64,000 nt of DNA from NCBI RefSeq assembly GCF_006345805.1, contig NC_043002.1:41354001-41418000 (forward strand), written 5' to 3'. Below, one piece after another: positions 62,320-64,000 of the stretch. The notes beneath the pieces are model-generated. The model had not been told where the DNA came from, did not search any database, and saw nothing but the letters and a program-made list of their open reading frames with translations. Numbering within the stretch: position 1 is the stretch's first letter; every line of letters starts with the position of its first letter. Position numbers and translations under genes: made by a program. This DNA is from Octopus sinensis (taxonomy: Eukaryota).

Positions 62320-63845
62320 CCATCATCATCATCACCATCATCAACACCACCACCATCACCAGCTTCATCCCTCATCATCACTATCATCACCACCACCACC
62401 ATCATCTTCAACATCACTATTGCTATCACCACCACCACCACCATTCTCATTATCATCATTGCCTTCACCATACAAGCACCCTCTCTAAGAGACTTCTCCA
62501 CATCTGTTAGGGATGCGGTGATGCTGCCATACGTAGTGTCTTCAGATGTTCTGCTTTTACTCATGACAAGCTGTGGAATATGTTTATTTGATTGGCCGTG
62601 AATTTCCACTGCGTTATTTTTAAAATACACAACACCACATGTCTCTTGATGAGAAAGATGGTGTAGCTTCCATGAAGGGTGCAGTGGGCAGAGGTGGGGT
62701 TGCTAGTCAAACCAACTACCACCACCACCACCACTACTGCCATCACCACCACCGTCATCACCATCACCCTTGCCACCACAATCATCGCCACCACAGCCAC
62801 CACCACCACCACCATCATCACAACCATTAGCGTCGTCATCATCATCATCCTCGTCATCATCATCACCACCACCACCATCACCACCATCACTACCACCACC
62901 ATCACCACCACCACCATCATCACCATCACCATCATCACCACCACCACCATCATCACCATCACCACCACCACCATCACCACCATCACTATCACCATCACCA
63001 CCATCACCACCACTATCACTACCACCACCATCACCACCAAACCTTGCATGCTCCCCCCACCATGTACGCACACACATACACACACATGCACGCAGCTGTG
63101 ACTGAATGAATAATAAGTGAGTAAGTATGTGTGTGTGTGTATGTGCATGTGTGTATGTGTGTGTGTATGTGTGTGTGAGTTTGTGTAGGAGCGTTCCAGT
63201 GGAAGTATTACCGGCTTTGTAAATGAAAATGTGATTTTAATTCGTTTGTGGTGTGTTGAATGCTACAAATAAATAATACACAAATAGATAACAACTCATT
63301 CCACCATCACCCCATCATCACCACTATCCCACTCATCACCACCACCTCCACCATCACTATCATCACTGCCACCACCATTTCCACCATCACTATCATCACT
63401 GCCACCACCATTTCCACCATCACCATCATTGCTACCACCTCCACCACCACCATCACCACTACCACCACCAACAACAACACCACTATCTCCATCACCACTA
63501 TAACTGCCATCACTACCACCATTACCACCACAGCCACCACCATTCCAATCATCATCACCACTACTACTACCCTCATCAGCACCACCACCATTATCATCAC
63601 TACCACCACCACCAATGACAACACCACCATCTCCATCACCACTATCACTGCCATCACCACCACCACCACCACTACCATCACCATCACCACTATCACTGCC
63701 ATCACCACCACCTCCATCATCATCATCATCATCACCACTACCACCACCAACAGCACCACCACCACCACCATCACCACCACCATCATCAACACCATCATCA
63801 TTATCATCACCATCGCCACCAAGAACAACAACATTGACAACAACA
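61850..63845. repeat. ~2-kb cryptic (CAY/ACC/ATC)n simple-sequence field
   Basis: Direct reading; three blocks separated by unique or (TG)n spacers. Confidence 0.92.
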
Positions 63846-64000
63846 GCAGCAAATGAAGAAGTAGAAGCAAGAAGAGAGAAAACAAAGAATGAGATGCAGG
63901 AACAAGGGGGGGGAAGGATGAAAGAGAGGGAGGACATTAAAGAGTGAAGAAAAGGAAGAAAAAAGAGAAAGAAGGAGAAGGAAAAGAAACAAGTTGGGAG

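Noticed and set aside
61788-63992. Mucin-like or acidic Gly/Asp-rich proteins
   Set aside because: Both strands are open because the repeat lacks stops; there is no signal peptide, Pro/Ser pattern or splice support, so it is treated as a repeat

Overview
AT-rich, repeat-saturated eukaryotic genomic DNA, most likely cephalopod (Octopus-like). This is inferred from the look of the dominant tRNA-headed SINE families, the RTE-type 3' tails ending in (GAT)n and the very high microsatellite density; no database search was possible. I find no intact, recognisable protein-coding gene, rRNA, true tRNA or CRISPR array. Nearly all ORFs in the supplied track are microsatellite read-throughs or antisense frames of decayed transposons. 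The window is a mosaic of SINEs (at least 4 families), LINE relics (RTE, Tx1-like, R4/Dong-like, Penelope-like with GIY-YIG and hammerhead-like motifs), DNA transposon relics (mariner/Tc1, pogo, hAT-like, Merlin, TTAA MITEs) and simple repeats. The most notable structures are: (1) a GGATCTTTT-TIR, 8-bp-TSD element family carrying telomere-like (CCCTAA)n cargo, one copy nested in a Merlin relic; (2) SINE tandem arrays with the same tail-to-head junction at independent loci; (3) two near-perfect long hairpins; (4) alternating CpG-retaining and CpG-depleted domains with promoter-like motifs at the borders, suggesting hidden long-intron genes; (5) a ~600-bp (GAC)n tract; (6) an RTE split into divergent EN and RT halves. 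All exon and promoter calls are low-confidence inferences.
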